Source: Octopus sinensis | Taxonomy: Eukaryota | Assembly: GCF_006345805.1 (NCBI RefSeq) | Contig: NC_043001.1 | Location: 42,904,001-42,968,000, forward strand | Reading direction: 5' to 3' | DNA length: 64,000 bases | Part shown: one piece after another, positions 1 through 11,990 of the stretch | How positions within the stretch are numbered: position 1 is the first letter of the stretch | How the letters are laid out: every line of letters starts with the position of its first letter | The notes under the pieces: generated by a model | The model's database searches: none | What the model was told of the DNA's origin: nothing | Seen by the model: the letters and a program-made list of their open reading frames with translations, nothing else | Made by a program: the position numbers and the translations under genes

Positions 1-800
1 TATAGGATGGTTGTAGATGGTGAAGGGTAAGTAAGATGAGAAAGATAGAGTTATATTTAGTTGGTGCTTAATTATTGCGGCTTTTTTTCAACAAATTTTA
101 TTCAACAAAAACAATAACAATATTTAACAAAAGCATCTTTAAATGATGGTCTGACCATCTGTCAAGCACACGGGAAGCAGTAATTGAAGTAGATGGTGAA
201 TATGGTCCGGAATAATCATTTGAAGATGTTTTGTTACAATAATTGCAATGAGGTGGCAGTGGAAAGTGCTACAGAGTAGCATGGTAGGCATTAATTGGGT
301 GAAAGGGAGTATGCATGAAATGGGAAGAGGAAGGGATTAGCATCAAGAGATGAAGAAAAGTGAGATACAGTGGAAATGAGATGGTGGGGGATATCTAAGC
401 CTATCCTACATTATAAAGGTGAGTATGGACAAAAGGTGTGAAGGAAAGGGAACAACAAAAGAGCAATAGATTATGGTGGAAAGGAATCCTGAGTAAGTCA
501 TTAAAGGAAAGAGAGGTATGGTGGTAGGCCAGAAATGGAGGGCAAGTGAAAAGGGGTGTTGAAGAAGCAGAGAAGTTGTGGGGAGAGGACAATGGGAGTA
601 ACCACATGTGGATTGTTGGCGATTTTTTCCCTCTGTCTTCCTTTTCTTTTGGCCTTTCCTCCATCTCCTGTTTCTGATGGAGAGCTTTGCTTGAAATGTA
701 AAACTACTTACCTTTCCTTCTCTGAGCTTCTAGTACCACATATGTATCACATCCTCGCATTGTTGTTTTTTCTTGTGTATTTCCTAATTTTTTTTTCGAT

Positions 801-803
<3 letters not shown>

Positions 804-851
<48 letters not shown>

Positions 852-1167
852 ATATATATATATATATGTGTGTGTGTATATATATATATATATATAATAT
901 ATATATATAATCTCTTTTTCTTTCTCTTCTCCCTATCTCTCTATAATTATATATATATATTATATATAGCAATTAAGGACAACTACTTAATAAGGAAAAC
1001 TTAACAAGAAATTGTCAGGTAGATAGCGTGAAAACCTCATAAGAGAAAAAATTTCGAAAATAATTATTTCTTATTGAACATATTAATTTATATATAAATT
1101 TATATAAATTAATATATTTATATATATATATAAATCTCTTTTTCTTTCTCTTCTCTCTACCTCTCTA

Positions 1168-1223
<56 letters not shown>

Positions 1224-1226
1224 ATA
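804..1226. repeat. (TA)n/(TG)n arrays with a ~50-bp direct repeat (909-960, 1133-1190)
   Basis: Directly visible. Repeat unit TCTCTTTTTCTTTCTCTTCTC..TA.CTCTCTATAATTATATA. Confidence 0.85.
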
Positions 1227-3132
1227 CTCTTTTGAGCAAGGCAGGATAAAATGTCATACTAGTAGTAGCAATACAATTCATTTCTTGATACTGCATGGAG
1301 TACAATTAATGCCAATATTGAATGTTCTTAAGAAAGCATGAACTTATAAAACTTTTGCTGTTAGAACTCTTTATTCAATGCTCTGACTATAAAATACCTC
1401 TGTTATCATATCACTGGATGATTTTTATTGACACTATTTAAAAAGTTCTAGTTTGGTTAAATGAAAGGAAAATGGCGAGAAATGTATAATATATGCACTT
1501 AATCCAGTTTGAAAAGGTCAGAACCATAAAAGAAGAAAAATTGCATTGATTTCTCAGCTTCTTCTTCCTTCAGAGGCGCCACTACTAGCATTTGGTATGA
1601 ATATAGTGAAATTATTACAATAAGGATGATAATTCATTAATGATGCTGCTTATACTATTCAGGAAAATATCATAAGAGATAATGATTATGAGTCTATACC
1701 AGATAGCAAGTTGTTTGGTAAGAACACATTATCTCTTCCTGCAGTAAGTAGAGGGAGTTATTAAATGAGGAAATGATAAGGATATTGATATATTGGGGTT
1801 TTATTGTGGATGTTAATTTAAGTGTTTGAATTTATATGACACCTGCTATATTATGTCACCTCATTGTACCATTTGTGTGTATATGTATTATTTATTTATT
1901 AACAGCTGTGTATATATTGCATGTTAGAAACCAAAAGGAGATCATTTGCATTATCTAAAGGTAGTTAAATTCTTCTTACCAACAGGACAATGTGCAGTGA
2001 ACAATATTTTAAAACTTACATCTACAATGATCTCAGATGTTGTCAACCTTAATTTATGGATTTATCACTATTTTTATTCTACTTATTAATCTGTATTATA
2101 GAACATGCACTAAGCAGTATTTAAAATCTCTATGATTTTATTAATTTTATGTTAAACATAGTTAGCAAAAGTTTTGCTTTGATTGCTGAAGCAGAGGTGG
2201 GGTGGTATTATTTATTATATATGAAAGTTATGGTTAGATGAAGTGTACGTCACTTTAAGTTGTCATCTGTTTATGTTTCATAAAATAGATAAAAATAAAA
2301 ATAGTCTCAAAATATTATTTTTATGTGATATGATATTTTGTTAACAAGATCAAATATTTAAAAATATGTATATGTTTTGGTTTTCTTCAAAGCATTGAGA
2401 AATTTGAAAATAGCTTTATTTTTTTAGGAGGCTTGAATGTAAATGAAACTATATAATAAAAACAGCTCATGAAATATTAAGTAAATATACTCCTTTTAAC
2501 AGGAAAAAGTGGATATAATCATCTTAAGAATTGAATTACTTATCTCCCATAGACAGATCTGATATGATAAACCATCACACCAAAACAACCATGACAGCTT
2601 TCAACCATTTAATTTGAAGCTTTTATCTGTACAAGTGAAAAGTGAATAAGTTTGTTTTGGTTTGGTTCAAAGCACTGAGAAATTTGAAACAAATGCCTTT
2701 TTTTTAGGAAGCCCATATGTTGAGCAGAAATATAATTTTGCTGTAGTTGCTGCAGCCACTTTTCTATTATTCACACTATAGCTGTATTAGAGAATTAAAG
2801 GATACTGAAAAAGATTTCACATTTGTTACTTGCTTTGCTTGCAACTCCACACGGCATCCACTCAACAAAATTCCTCCCAAACTCTCATTGCATATATCCT
2901 TTATTTCATATCACCATATGCACTCACAAGCCAAGGAAGAAAATGTTTCCAATCTCTTCAACTCAACAAGGTGGTTGGTACTGGTAGCATCTTTTCCTCA
3001 AACAGTACACTCTCTTTAGAAATCATTAAATATTTAAAAGATGCCTTTGCTGATGATGTCAGATTAAGAGCTGTCTCCTGTACTTGCTGGAAAGCTCAAA
3101 GTATTATTATAGCAGACTATAACTAACATCAT

Positions 3133-3467
3133 GGAGGTGCATGGTGTAGTGGTTAAAACATTGACTTCACAATCATTCGATAGTGAGTTTGATTCCTAGA
3201 CAGGGCTGTGTGTTGTGTACTTGATCAAGACACTTTATTTCACATTACTCCAGTTCACATAGCTGTAGAAATGAGTTGCAATATCACTGGTGCCAAGCTG
3301 TATCGACTTTTGCCTTTCCCTTGGATAACATTGGTGGTGTGGAGGGGGCGGCTTGTATGCATGAGTAACTGCTGGTCTTCCATAAACAACCTTGCCCAGA
3401 CTGCCTCAGAGGATAACTTTCTCGGTGCAATTCCATGGTCACTCATGACCAAAGGGGGTCGTTATCC
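3133..3467 (+). mobile_element. tRNA-derived SINE (family A)
   Basis: tRNA-like head with A and B boxes. High similarity along its whole length to 53331-53661. Confidence 0.85.
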
Positions 3468-3779
3468 TTTACCCTTTTAAATAACACCATCTAGGCCATG
3501 GCTAGCTAATGAGATTAAATTAATTTTTATGGAGACATATGATCGGAAATTTGGTGGATGAGAGGGGACAGTTGATTGTATCTACCCCAATACTCAACTA
3601 GTACCTTATTTTATTGACCTTTCTCTTTCTCTCCCCTTCCCCTATTATATTTGAATAGCTATGCAGATCTACAAGAAGTTGCATTCCCCCATCACCTCAC
3701 AGTTCAATCTCCTCATCCTCTAGTGTGAACCTGATTTCTTCCACCCCAAGGTTTGTAGTTCTGTAAGCTGCATGGCAAC

Positions 3780-3963
3780 CTTAATAGTGCAGGTGACATG
3801 AAAAAAGCCCCCAGTCCATGCTATAAAGTGGTTGGTGTTAGGAATGGCATCCAGTCATAGAAATCACACCAAAACAGACACTGCAGTCCTTGGACACATT
3901 GGATCCTGTCATACTATTCAACCCATACCAGCATAGAACATGGACATTAAATGATGATGATAA
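3780..3963 (+). mobile_element. RTE tail fragment
   Basis: GTGGTTGGTGTTAGGAATGGCATCC...GGACATTAAATGATGATGA. Confidence 0.7.
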
Positions 3964-4294
3964 TAAATTTGGAAAGATAAAAAGCAGAGTTGACCTTAGT
4001 GGAATTTGAAGCCAGAAGAAATTCCACCAGACATTTTGTCCAATGTTCTAATGATTCTGCCGTATCATGTTCCTACTGTTGTAAAACAGTTTGGAAATGA
4101 AGCTGAAAGTAGCAATATGGTATTAGTCATGGAATATTCATAAACCAGAAATATAGATTATAAAGTGAATTAAATTCTAAATAAAATATCTTATAAATGC
4201 ATCCAGGTTTTCTCACATTTGTGCAGCAGTAGCTTTTATTGTTAATCTAACAGCTTGTATTCTACTATTTCTTTTTATATTTTGATATTTATAG

Positions 4295-4401
4295 ACAATC
4301 AAAAGTGTCAACAGACATTTGAAGCAATGCAGAAAGCCAGAGAGAAAATGCAAAGAGAAAATGATGCAAAAACAGAACTTTATTTAGAACAGGTCAAAAA
4401 A
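4295..4401 (+). CDS. SELENOS: Selenoprotein S (VIMP) internal exon, coiled-coil/p97-binding region
   Basis: Acceptor ...tatttatAG (4293-4294) and donor GTAAGT (4402). 107 nt, phase 1 to 0, encoding (x)NQKCQQTFEAMQKAREKMQRENDAKTELYLEQVKK. Aligns without gaps to human [35 protein letters not shown] (EA..AR.KMQ.E..A). As I recall it, the human exon is also 107 nt with the same phases. Confidence 0.85.
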
Positions 4402-4839
4402 GTAAGTTGAAATTAATTACTCTCTTTTGTATTTTGTTATCCTCATTTTCAATTTGTCTTCTCTTACACAGAACCATTTAAAACAGATCCAATGAGACTA
4501 TTTTGCATTTTCTTAAAGAGATATTTTCCTGAATGCTTGCTTTCCATACCTCAAACCAATTCTTGTGTAGCAAAAGTCTTATTTTCTCTTTTGAGAACTC
4601 CAGTGATAAGGTGTGGTTGAAGACTCTTGTATTAGTTCTATATACATCTACAGCTGTAATACTTGGACACAAAGTCAGTGTTGTATTGTGGATTCATTGA
4701 GTGTCTGAGATCTTAAACATGCCCTCTCATCCAAGTGACCTAAGCTTGAGCCCAAATGGCTTTCTACTTACTTCAGTGACCATCTGTCTTCAATCAGAGC
4801 CATGTATATGCTTTCTCAACAACTTCTATGTTGTTCTTG

Positions 4840-5650
4840 ATGGCTCTTCTGCTGACTCCTGTAATGTTGAGGGTTCCATATGCATTATTCAGAGTACAAC
4901 CTGTGAATTCTTAACTGTCAACCTCCACTGGTAAACATCTTGTTCTCTATCCATTCTTGTGGAAGTCTTCTACCAACTTCTGGTGCTTAGTTCTCTTCAA
5001 CTCTTCTGCTTCCTCCACCCTTTCTTCCCAGGATATATTTAATTCTAATAGAATTTACTGCCTTGTCTCAGAAATCAAAATGATATCTAGTCTCAACAAG
5101 GTCTGGGTGAAATGTGCTAAAAATTATAGCTACTTCTCTAGGTTAATTTCCATTATCCAGTAATCTGATGGGGAAAGCAAACTACAAGAGCTGTTCTGAT
5201 TCTTTTCTTTAGCGAGTGTCCCTCCTTAACAAAGGCTATCTTACTGGCTGTAGTGCTGGTATTTTTGCTGATTGCCTCATCAATGAGCTTGACAACCTGA
5301 TTTTGTCTCCAGTGATAGCATAACTCATTCAGTGCCTCACAGCAGCTGTTTAGGATGTATTTAAAGGTCTCTGTCTTTGAACACTGGGTGCATGCATGGG
5401 AGTTTCGCTATGCCCCATGTTAATAAATTTGATGGGCTGGTGGGGAGGACATCATAGCCCATTCCCCTGGATTAAGAACTTGATTCTCTGTAGGTTCCAT
5501 TATCAGATGTCCTCCCAGGTGACATTCCACTTCATGGCCTGCACCCACTTCACTCAAAAACTCTGTTTCCACATTGCCACTACTTTACTTTTAGATCATG
5601 TTCGATATGTTGCTGATTACTGTCCTTGGAGAAGCAACATTTGTTAGTCG
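4840..5650 (-). mobile_element. HERO/NeSL-like non-LTR retrotransposon remnant (CCHC plus restriction-like endonuclease)
   Basis: Minus-strand remnants VTWEDI..RIKFLIQ, CTQCSKTETFKYILNSC...YHWRQNQVV and LRLDIILISETRQ.ILLELNISWEERVEEA...RCLPVEV, compared with the recalled consensus PDIV...LLELTVPWEER...PIEVG. Confidence 0.75.
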
Positions 5651-5984
5651 TTCTATAGAAGAAGTATTTCCTTTTGTCAGTTTGATATTTATTGGTTTTG
5701 AAGCTATATCCATGCAATCAGCTGCTGACAAGCACAGCTCATTTTAAAATATGTGAACAACTTTCATGTTTAAAAAAATAAATTTCTTTAGTATAGTCTT
5801 TTTTATACTGACATTGGTTTTGGTTATTGGGTGTCACTGAAATATGTTTTGTTAAAACAGTATGTGAAATTTGTTCTTAAACAGATAATTTTGAGCAGCT
5901 ACATTACTTATGTCTTTTCTTCATAAGATTTTAATTTAGAGCATACTCTGCAGCAGAAGTGTTAAGACTAATCCTTCTGGTAGT

Positions 5985-7053
5985 GTAAAGCACTCAGGGC
6001 AGTGCCACTTAGAAGCACCTGTATGGTGTCACGTAAAAGTGCCTGTGCAGTGACATGTAGAAGTGCCCATTTGATGCCATGTAAAAGCACCTGTGTGGTA
6101 CCACATAGAAGTGCCTGTGCAGTGCCATGTAAAAGCACCCATGTGATACCATGTAAATGCACCTGTGCAGTGCCGCGTAAAAGCACCCAGCACACTCTGT
6201 AAAGTGGTTGGCTTTAGGAAGGGTATCCAGCTGTAGAAACCATGCCAAATCAGACCAGAGTCTGGTGCAGCTCACTAGCTTACCAGGTCAGTTTTGGTAA
6301 CCACTTTACAGTATGACAGGTTTTTTTCAGTTTCCATCTACAAAATCCACTCACAAGGCTTTGGTCGGCCCAAGGCTATAGTAGAAGACCCTTGTCCAAG
6401 GTGTTACACAGTAGGACTGATCCCAGAACCATGTGGTTGTGAAGCAAGCTTCTTAACACACAGCCGACCCGGCAAGTAAAGTGAGATCACAGCCATAGCC
6501 GATACCAGTGTTGCATAACCAGCCAATTTAGAAGTACCCTTGAATTGTTGGGTGATACGCTACACTTGAGAAGACCTATTGAGTCCAAGTAAAAGCAAAA
6601 CCAAAATCAAAATGGAAATCGTAGTTGTGGTTGATACCAGTGCCACCTGACTGGCACCCAAGCTGGTGGTATATAATAAGCATCATTCAAGTGTGAGTTG
6701 ATACCAGTTCCGCTTGACTGGCTCCTCGTACTGGTAGCATTTAAAAAGCACCATCCGAACGTGGTCAATGCCGTGCCCCCCGACTGACTCCTGTGCCAGT
6801 GGAATGTAAAAAGCACCATCCAAACATGGTCAATGCCAGTGCTGCCTGACTGGCTCCTGTGCAGGTGGCAGATAAAGAGCGCCCACTACACTCTCGGAGT
6901 GGCTGGCTTTAGGAAGAGCATCCAGCTGTAGAAACCTTGCCAGATTAGACTGGAGCCTGGTGCTGCCAACTGGCTTGCTAGTCCCCAGTCAAACCGTCCA
7001 ACCCATACCAGCATGGAAAATGGACGTTAAATGATGATGATGATGATAATGAT
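5985..7053 (+). mobile_element. Two RTE 3'-UTR fragments interrupted by a SINE
   Basis: Repeated GTGCC..GTAAAAGCACC units, the conserved block GGAAGGGCATCCAGCTGTAGAAAC, and an (ATG)n tail at 7031-7053. Confidence 0.8.
6308..6465 (-). mobile_element. SINE family C head
   Basis: Shares CTACCAAATCCACTCACAAGGCTTTGGTCGGCC...GAACCCAGAACCATGTGG with 14600-14743. Further heads lie at ~9165-9308 (-), ~14860-15010 (+) and ~53725-53865 (+). Confidence 0.8.
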
Positions 7054-7594
7054 ATCATCATCATCATTATTTAACTTCCATCTTCCATGCATGCATGGGT
7101 AGGATGGTTGACAGGAGCCGGCTACTTAGAAAACCTACCCATGGCTACTGTGTCTGTTTTGGCAGGGATTTTACTGCTGGATGCTCTTCTTAACACCAAC
7201 CACGCTGCAGAGTGGACTCAGTGCTTTTCATGTGGAACTAGCACAGCTGAGGTTCATTTTGGTATGATTTTTACAGCTGATGCCCTTCCAAATGCCAACC
7301 ACATTACAGTGTGCATTGGATGCTTTTAATGTGGCACCAGCATTGGCATGGTAACCAAGTAACTCACAAGACAAGGAATTATGAGAGGGGCAGAGCATTT
7401 GAGGAGGGTAACTTGTATCAAAGGATGAAAAGTTAGAGTGTGAAAAAGAGATAGAGAGACAGAAGCAGGTGTCTTGCCATGACAGAGGGGGCATTAGAGG
7501 AAGTGATCCAGTATCAAATGATGAAAGGTTAGAGTGTAACAGGGAAAAGCAGAAAGAGGCATCTTGCTATAGAGGAGGTACATGGTTACCCAGT

Positions 7595-7627
<33 letters not shown>

Positions 7628-9140
7628 AAGACAGAGAGTGAGAGGTACAAAATAGGCCAGAAACAAGTGTGCTGATGTAAAGGAGATACTTGGTTACCTA
7701 GTCAGAGGAAAAACAAAAAGGGAGAGTGACCAAAAGGAAAGAGAGAGTATGAAACAGTAAAAGTGTAAGAGAGAGTAGAATAGAGATGGTGTAGTGTTAG
7801 AAAAATAGGTGTGGGTGCAGTGATACAGTAAGCAGGGCAGTGAGAGTAAGAAAGGGGATTGGAAAATAATCATAATTTATGAAGAGGAAATGTGAGGATG
7901 AGAAAGATGCAATTAGAAGAGTAGTTGTTGTACAATTTCTTAGGGTAGAGTGGGTGGGGCACAATTCTTCTAGCACTGCTTCATGGAAAGGTCTTCTCTA
8001 GAACTTCAAATTTCCAAACATCTCGGTCCACAGTCATTTCCTCCATGAGCCCCAACATCCTAAGATCAGTCCTCACCACTTCATCTCATGTCTCCCTGTG
8101 TCTCCCTCTTCCACAGGTACCATCCATTTTTAGCGATAGGCACTTCTGTATATAGCTGTCATCACTCATATGCATCACATGTCCAAACCAATGCATTCTC
8201 CTCTCCTACATACCATATTTAATCCCTCTTATGCTTAACTTTTCTCTTAACACAGTTGTGCTTTGTTGGTCATGCACACTGATGTTGCAAATCCAACAGA
8301 GCATACTACTTTCATTCTTCTGCAGCCTACACATGTCCTCCACAATCAGAGCCCATGTCTCACTGCCATGTAACATAACCTTTCTCACACAAGCATCATA
8401 CAATCTACCTTTCACTCTGTGTGTCCTTTTGCTGCCAACAGAGGTAGTAGTTCTCTGAACTTCCTCCACCCTATTCTTATTCTAGAAACAATACTTTCAG
8501 AGCATCCACCACCATTACTAATTCGGTCACCTAAATAGCAGAAACTATGTACTACCTCAAGAGATCCTCCTGGGCATTTGAGAGAGTTTAAGTCCCTTGT
8601 GCTCTTAGTACTTATGTTCCTGCACATCTGCCACATGAAAGTGACCATATCTGATAACCTTCCCACGATTCCATTGCATCTCTTATGCGTCCACAGCTTG
8701 CACTTGGTGCAGCAAATGGAATTACATCCCACTCCTTTCCTGAATATTGAACCGGGCCATTACCCAGCCAGAATGAAAGTCTTATCTCCTTTCTCACTAA
8801 TAACAACTTTAGTCATAGCTAAGTTGACTTTAAGGTCTGTTGATTCCAGGTTTTGCTTCCAAACCTGGAACTTCTCCAATTCTGCTTCAGATTCTGCAAT
8901 AAGAGCAAGATCATCAGCATATAGCAGTTCCCATGGGCATCCAGTTTTAAATTCACCTTACTGACAGCATTGCTGTACATGGCTTGAACTGCTCTAACAA
9001 GCCACTCCTCTACTCCTAGCTTCCTTAGAGACCACCAAAGAAACGAGCGGGGAATTCTGTTGAAAACTTTCTCCAGGTTGACGAAGGCAAAGTGCAATGG
9101 CTTAATTTTGACCAAATACTTTTATTACAACTGTCTCACT
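7054..9140 (-). mobile_element. RTE-clade LINE, 5'-truncated, long pyrimidine-rich 3'UTR and (ATG)n tail
   Basis: AFVNLEKVFNRIPR, GCPWELLYADDL, GRLYDACVRKVMLHGSETW, WFGH remnants. An internal deletion removes part of the RT. Confidence 0.9.
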
Positions 9141-10126
9141 ATATATATATATACATACACACAACAGGTTTCTTTCAGTTTCTGTTTACTTACATGGCTT
9201 TAATGGGCCTGAGACTATAGGAGAAGACATTTGCGCAAGGTGCCATGCAGTGCGACTGAACCAGAAATCATGTGGTTGGGAAGTTAACTTCTTACCACAC
9301 AGCCATAGAAATCTTGCAAATTCTTTTTGGATAATTATTGCTGAAACGTATCTAATAATGTTCAATATAATGTTCATTAAGTGAAATTCACCTATCAAAA
9401 TAGTATTTAATTTATCAGCTATATAGTTACATTAGTAACAATATAGGTGATAAATTTGCTAAATAAAAGAAAACAAATTCCTCTCTGTAACTATCTTACA
9501 AGTATGGTAACACTGTAGCTTATCTGATTATTCAACTCATTCTATTTTGGGAGCAAAACAATTAACTTTGAAAAAGTTGAATTTTACGAAGAGATTATCT
9601 ACTTCTTTAAGTATTAATAAGAAGAATACTAACGTAATGAAGATGTCATGTGAAAAGATGTAATATTTTTGTTGCTCATATGGTTTGTTTATTAATTAGT
9701 TCCTTCAACATTTTCTGTCTAGTTTGATTTTCTTATTCATGAAATATAATGATGATAGGGAAATTAGGTGCTATGATGATAATTTTGTTGATTTATTTCT
9801 AGTGAATATCTAATGCATTCTATTTTTACATTTTTCTTTTGCACTAGGTTAAACTATAACTTAGCCATTCTGTCTAAAATGGCTATGAAAATAACTATCT
9901 GACTGTACTTCTTTAATAAACTCACCTTATGAAATCTGATTTGATGCTTACTGAAATTGAAATCCTTTTTTAGCTTTATAGAAATATAATCATTGGAAAA
10001 TGATTTTTTTTCCCTAGAATTATGGGCATGATAATCTTCTATCAGTATTTGCTCATCAGGAAACCCAATAAAATGGCCAGTTACTTGCTGAAGTGTATGT
10101 TCTATCTGTTCCTTGTCCATTTAAAT

Positions 10127-10458
10127 CAGTGGTTCTCAACTGGGATCCATATGGCCCCTGAGGGTCCATAAAAGATTTTTGACAGTCCACAAAATAGTAA
10201 ATTGGGGATCCACTATAGTATTTTAAGGGTCCCTGAAAAACTTTTACTTTAGACTTATGTATTGGTATGTACTGCAAGATACAGCTAGGTTTCTTTCTGT
10301 AACATTTTATGTAGTTCAGTCTGCATAAGTTAATGTGTGAAAAACAAAATAAGAATTTTGAAAGAAGTTTCTGCAAAACTAGTTTTAAACATTGAATGGC
10401 TATGAAGGTCCATCAGAATGAAAGACGTCCATAAATAAAAAGTGGTTGAGAGCTCCTG
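10127..10458. mobile_element. hAT (Charlie-like) MITE
   Basis: Termini CAGTGGTTCTCAAC / GTTGAGAGCTCCTG. Perfect 8-bp TSD ATTTAAAT at 10119-10126 and 10459-10466. Confidence 0.85.
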
Positions 10459-10464
10459 ATTTAA

Positions 10465-11085
10465 ATTGGTGGCACCAACACCATTACCACCTCCAATGAA
10501 ACCATTACCAGCAGCACCAACACCACCAACGCCAACACCACTAGCACCAACACCACCAGTCCCAGCAACAGTGGTGGCAGCAAAGCCAACACCAATAGAC
10601 ATACCACTGCCAAAACCCAACCATGGAAATACATTGGCTGTTCCATGAATGTGTTCAAACAATGCCTCTCCAACCACAGATCCTCCTTCAGGATACTAGA
10701 AAGGAAATTTGTCATGTCATTAGCCAGCCATGTATGGCAGCTAATAGATAACAGGATTCCATACACAATATCATGGAGAATCCTAGAGAATCCAGGACCC
10801 TACATTAATGGGACCAACCACTGTAAATTATGCATAGCTGAACAGGCAAGGATCCTAAAGGACTCCCTCAACCCAGGGAACATCCTGAACTCAAGATCGG
10901 AGGTCTTTGGACCATGCTTGCATTTCAGGAAATTCCTGCTAGCCTATTGGAACCCACGAGATAGCAGGGCCACTGGCGATCGATAACCAAAGGGACACAA
11001 CCCACTTTGTTGATATCGGGGATATATTATAACTGCTTCAGATGATTCCCGTTTTTAAAGTTTTTTTTAAAAAATCGTATGGCTG
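10465..11085 (+). mobile_element. 5'-truncated Penelope-like element (GIY-YIG endonuclease C-terminus)
   Basis: Open frame 10465-10986: a T/N/S-rich tract, then WKYIGCSMNVFKQCLSNHRSSFR...LASHVWQL...YINGTNHCKLC...LNSRSEVFGPCLH, which is the Penelope GIY-YIG signature. Confidence 0.8.
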
Positions 11086-11224
11086 CATTATTTTTTTTTT
11101 TTACCCCAGCCAAGGAGGTTATGTTTTTGCTGGCATTGGTTTGGGAAATTTTCAGCATGCAGGCATATGAGTGGAAACGAGCTGCTTGGCAGAGGTCTGT
11201 ACCCTCTGAGTGCTTTTCTAGTTA

Positions 11225-11427
11225 TCTGTAATATTTAATCGAGCCATATCTGGCCCAAATATTCTACCTGTTTTATGTTCAAACTGGCCAGATCCTGTCT
11301 TTCACACTTACCCTACAATGTCATTTTGAATATATACAATCACATCATCAAAATCTCAATGCTACAAGATGATAAATGGTTAGTTGAAAATGTGAATTAG
11401 TATACATTACATTTAACTAAAGGGTTA
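11225..11427. mobile_element. TTAA-type MITE, left end degraded
   Basis: Right end AAAGGG-TTAA. Body GCCATATCTGGCCCAAATATTCTACCTG... resembles a short TTAA-flanked repeat I recall from octopus. Confidence 0.5.
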
Positions 11428-11990
11428 AATTTCCGGTTGGTAATTGTGGTTATTAAAATAATGACCTGCTACCTCAATGCTAAGAGGTGTAGTAGCCTAA
11501 ATGCGTATTTGTGTATTTGAAAGAGTGCTACAGACAGACACCTCCTTTTCTTCATTGGTGAAATTGACTTGGCAATCAAAACATGACTGTGTAAGAATAA
11601 AGTGATATTTATACATCCTAGTGCATTTTGCATGTGTATTACGTTACATTACATTGTGTGTGTGTTTATGTATAGATAGACAGATATATAATAAATTGTT
11701 ATATGCAGAGCAAAGAGTGAGAATCAAAACAATGACTAGTATATTCATTTTTAATATGTTCTGGCAGCTTTGAATGTGAATATACTTATCACTGTTGTTT
11801 TCATCACAAGAGAATAGCTTCTATGACAAATATATGTTCATAACTTGATTCATTAGTACAGGCGATTCTGAGACACCAGTCTTGTTTATGTTTTGGTGAA
11901 CAAACTGTTCACTGATCCATGCTGATAACTGCCAACCACTAATATACTGTTATATATATGGTGGACAGCAAGATTCAAAATGAGCACTTG

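Noticed and set aside
2200-2241. GWYYLL resembling the SELENOS transmembrane exon (YGWY)
   Set aside because: In-frame TGA shortly after, no suitable splice sites and no preceding similarity.
1558-3126. Exon-like segments (1558-1594, 1663-1743, 1906-1960) and ORFs 2747-3019 and 2830-3126
   Set aside because: I could not chain them in a consistent open frame or recognise a protein; splice-like sites are common in such AT-rich DNA.
9854-10120. 88-aa minus-strand ORF (MDKEQIEH...)
   Set aside because: Its ATG overlaps the MITE TSD, there are no recognisable motifs and no convincing splice sites.
10330-10677. Gly-rich minus-strand ORF as a structural protein
   Set aside because: It is the antisense of the Thr-rich Penelope frame and is interrupted by a MITE; it has no signal peptide.
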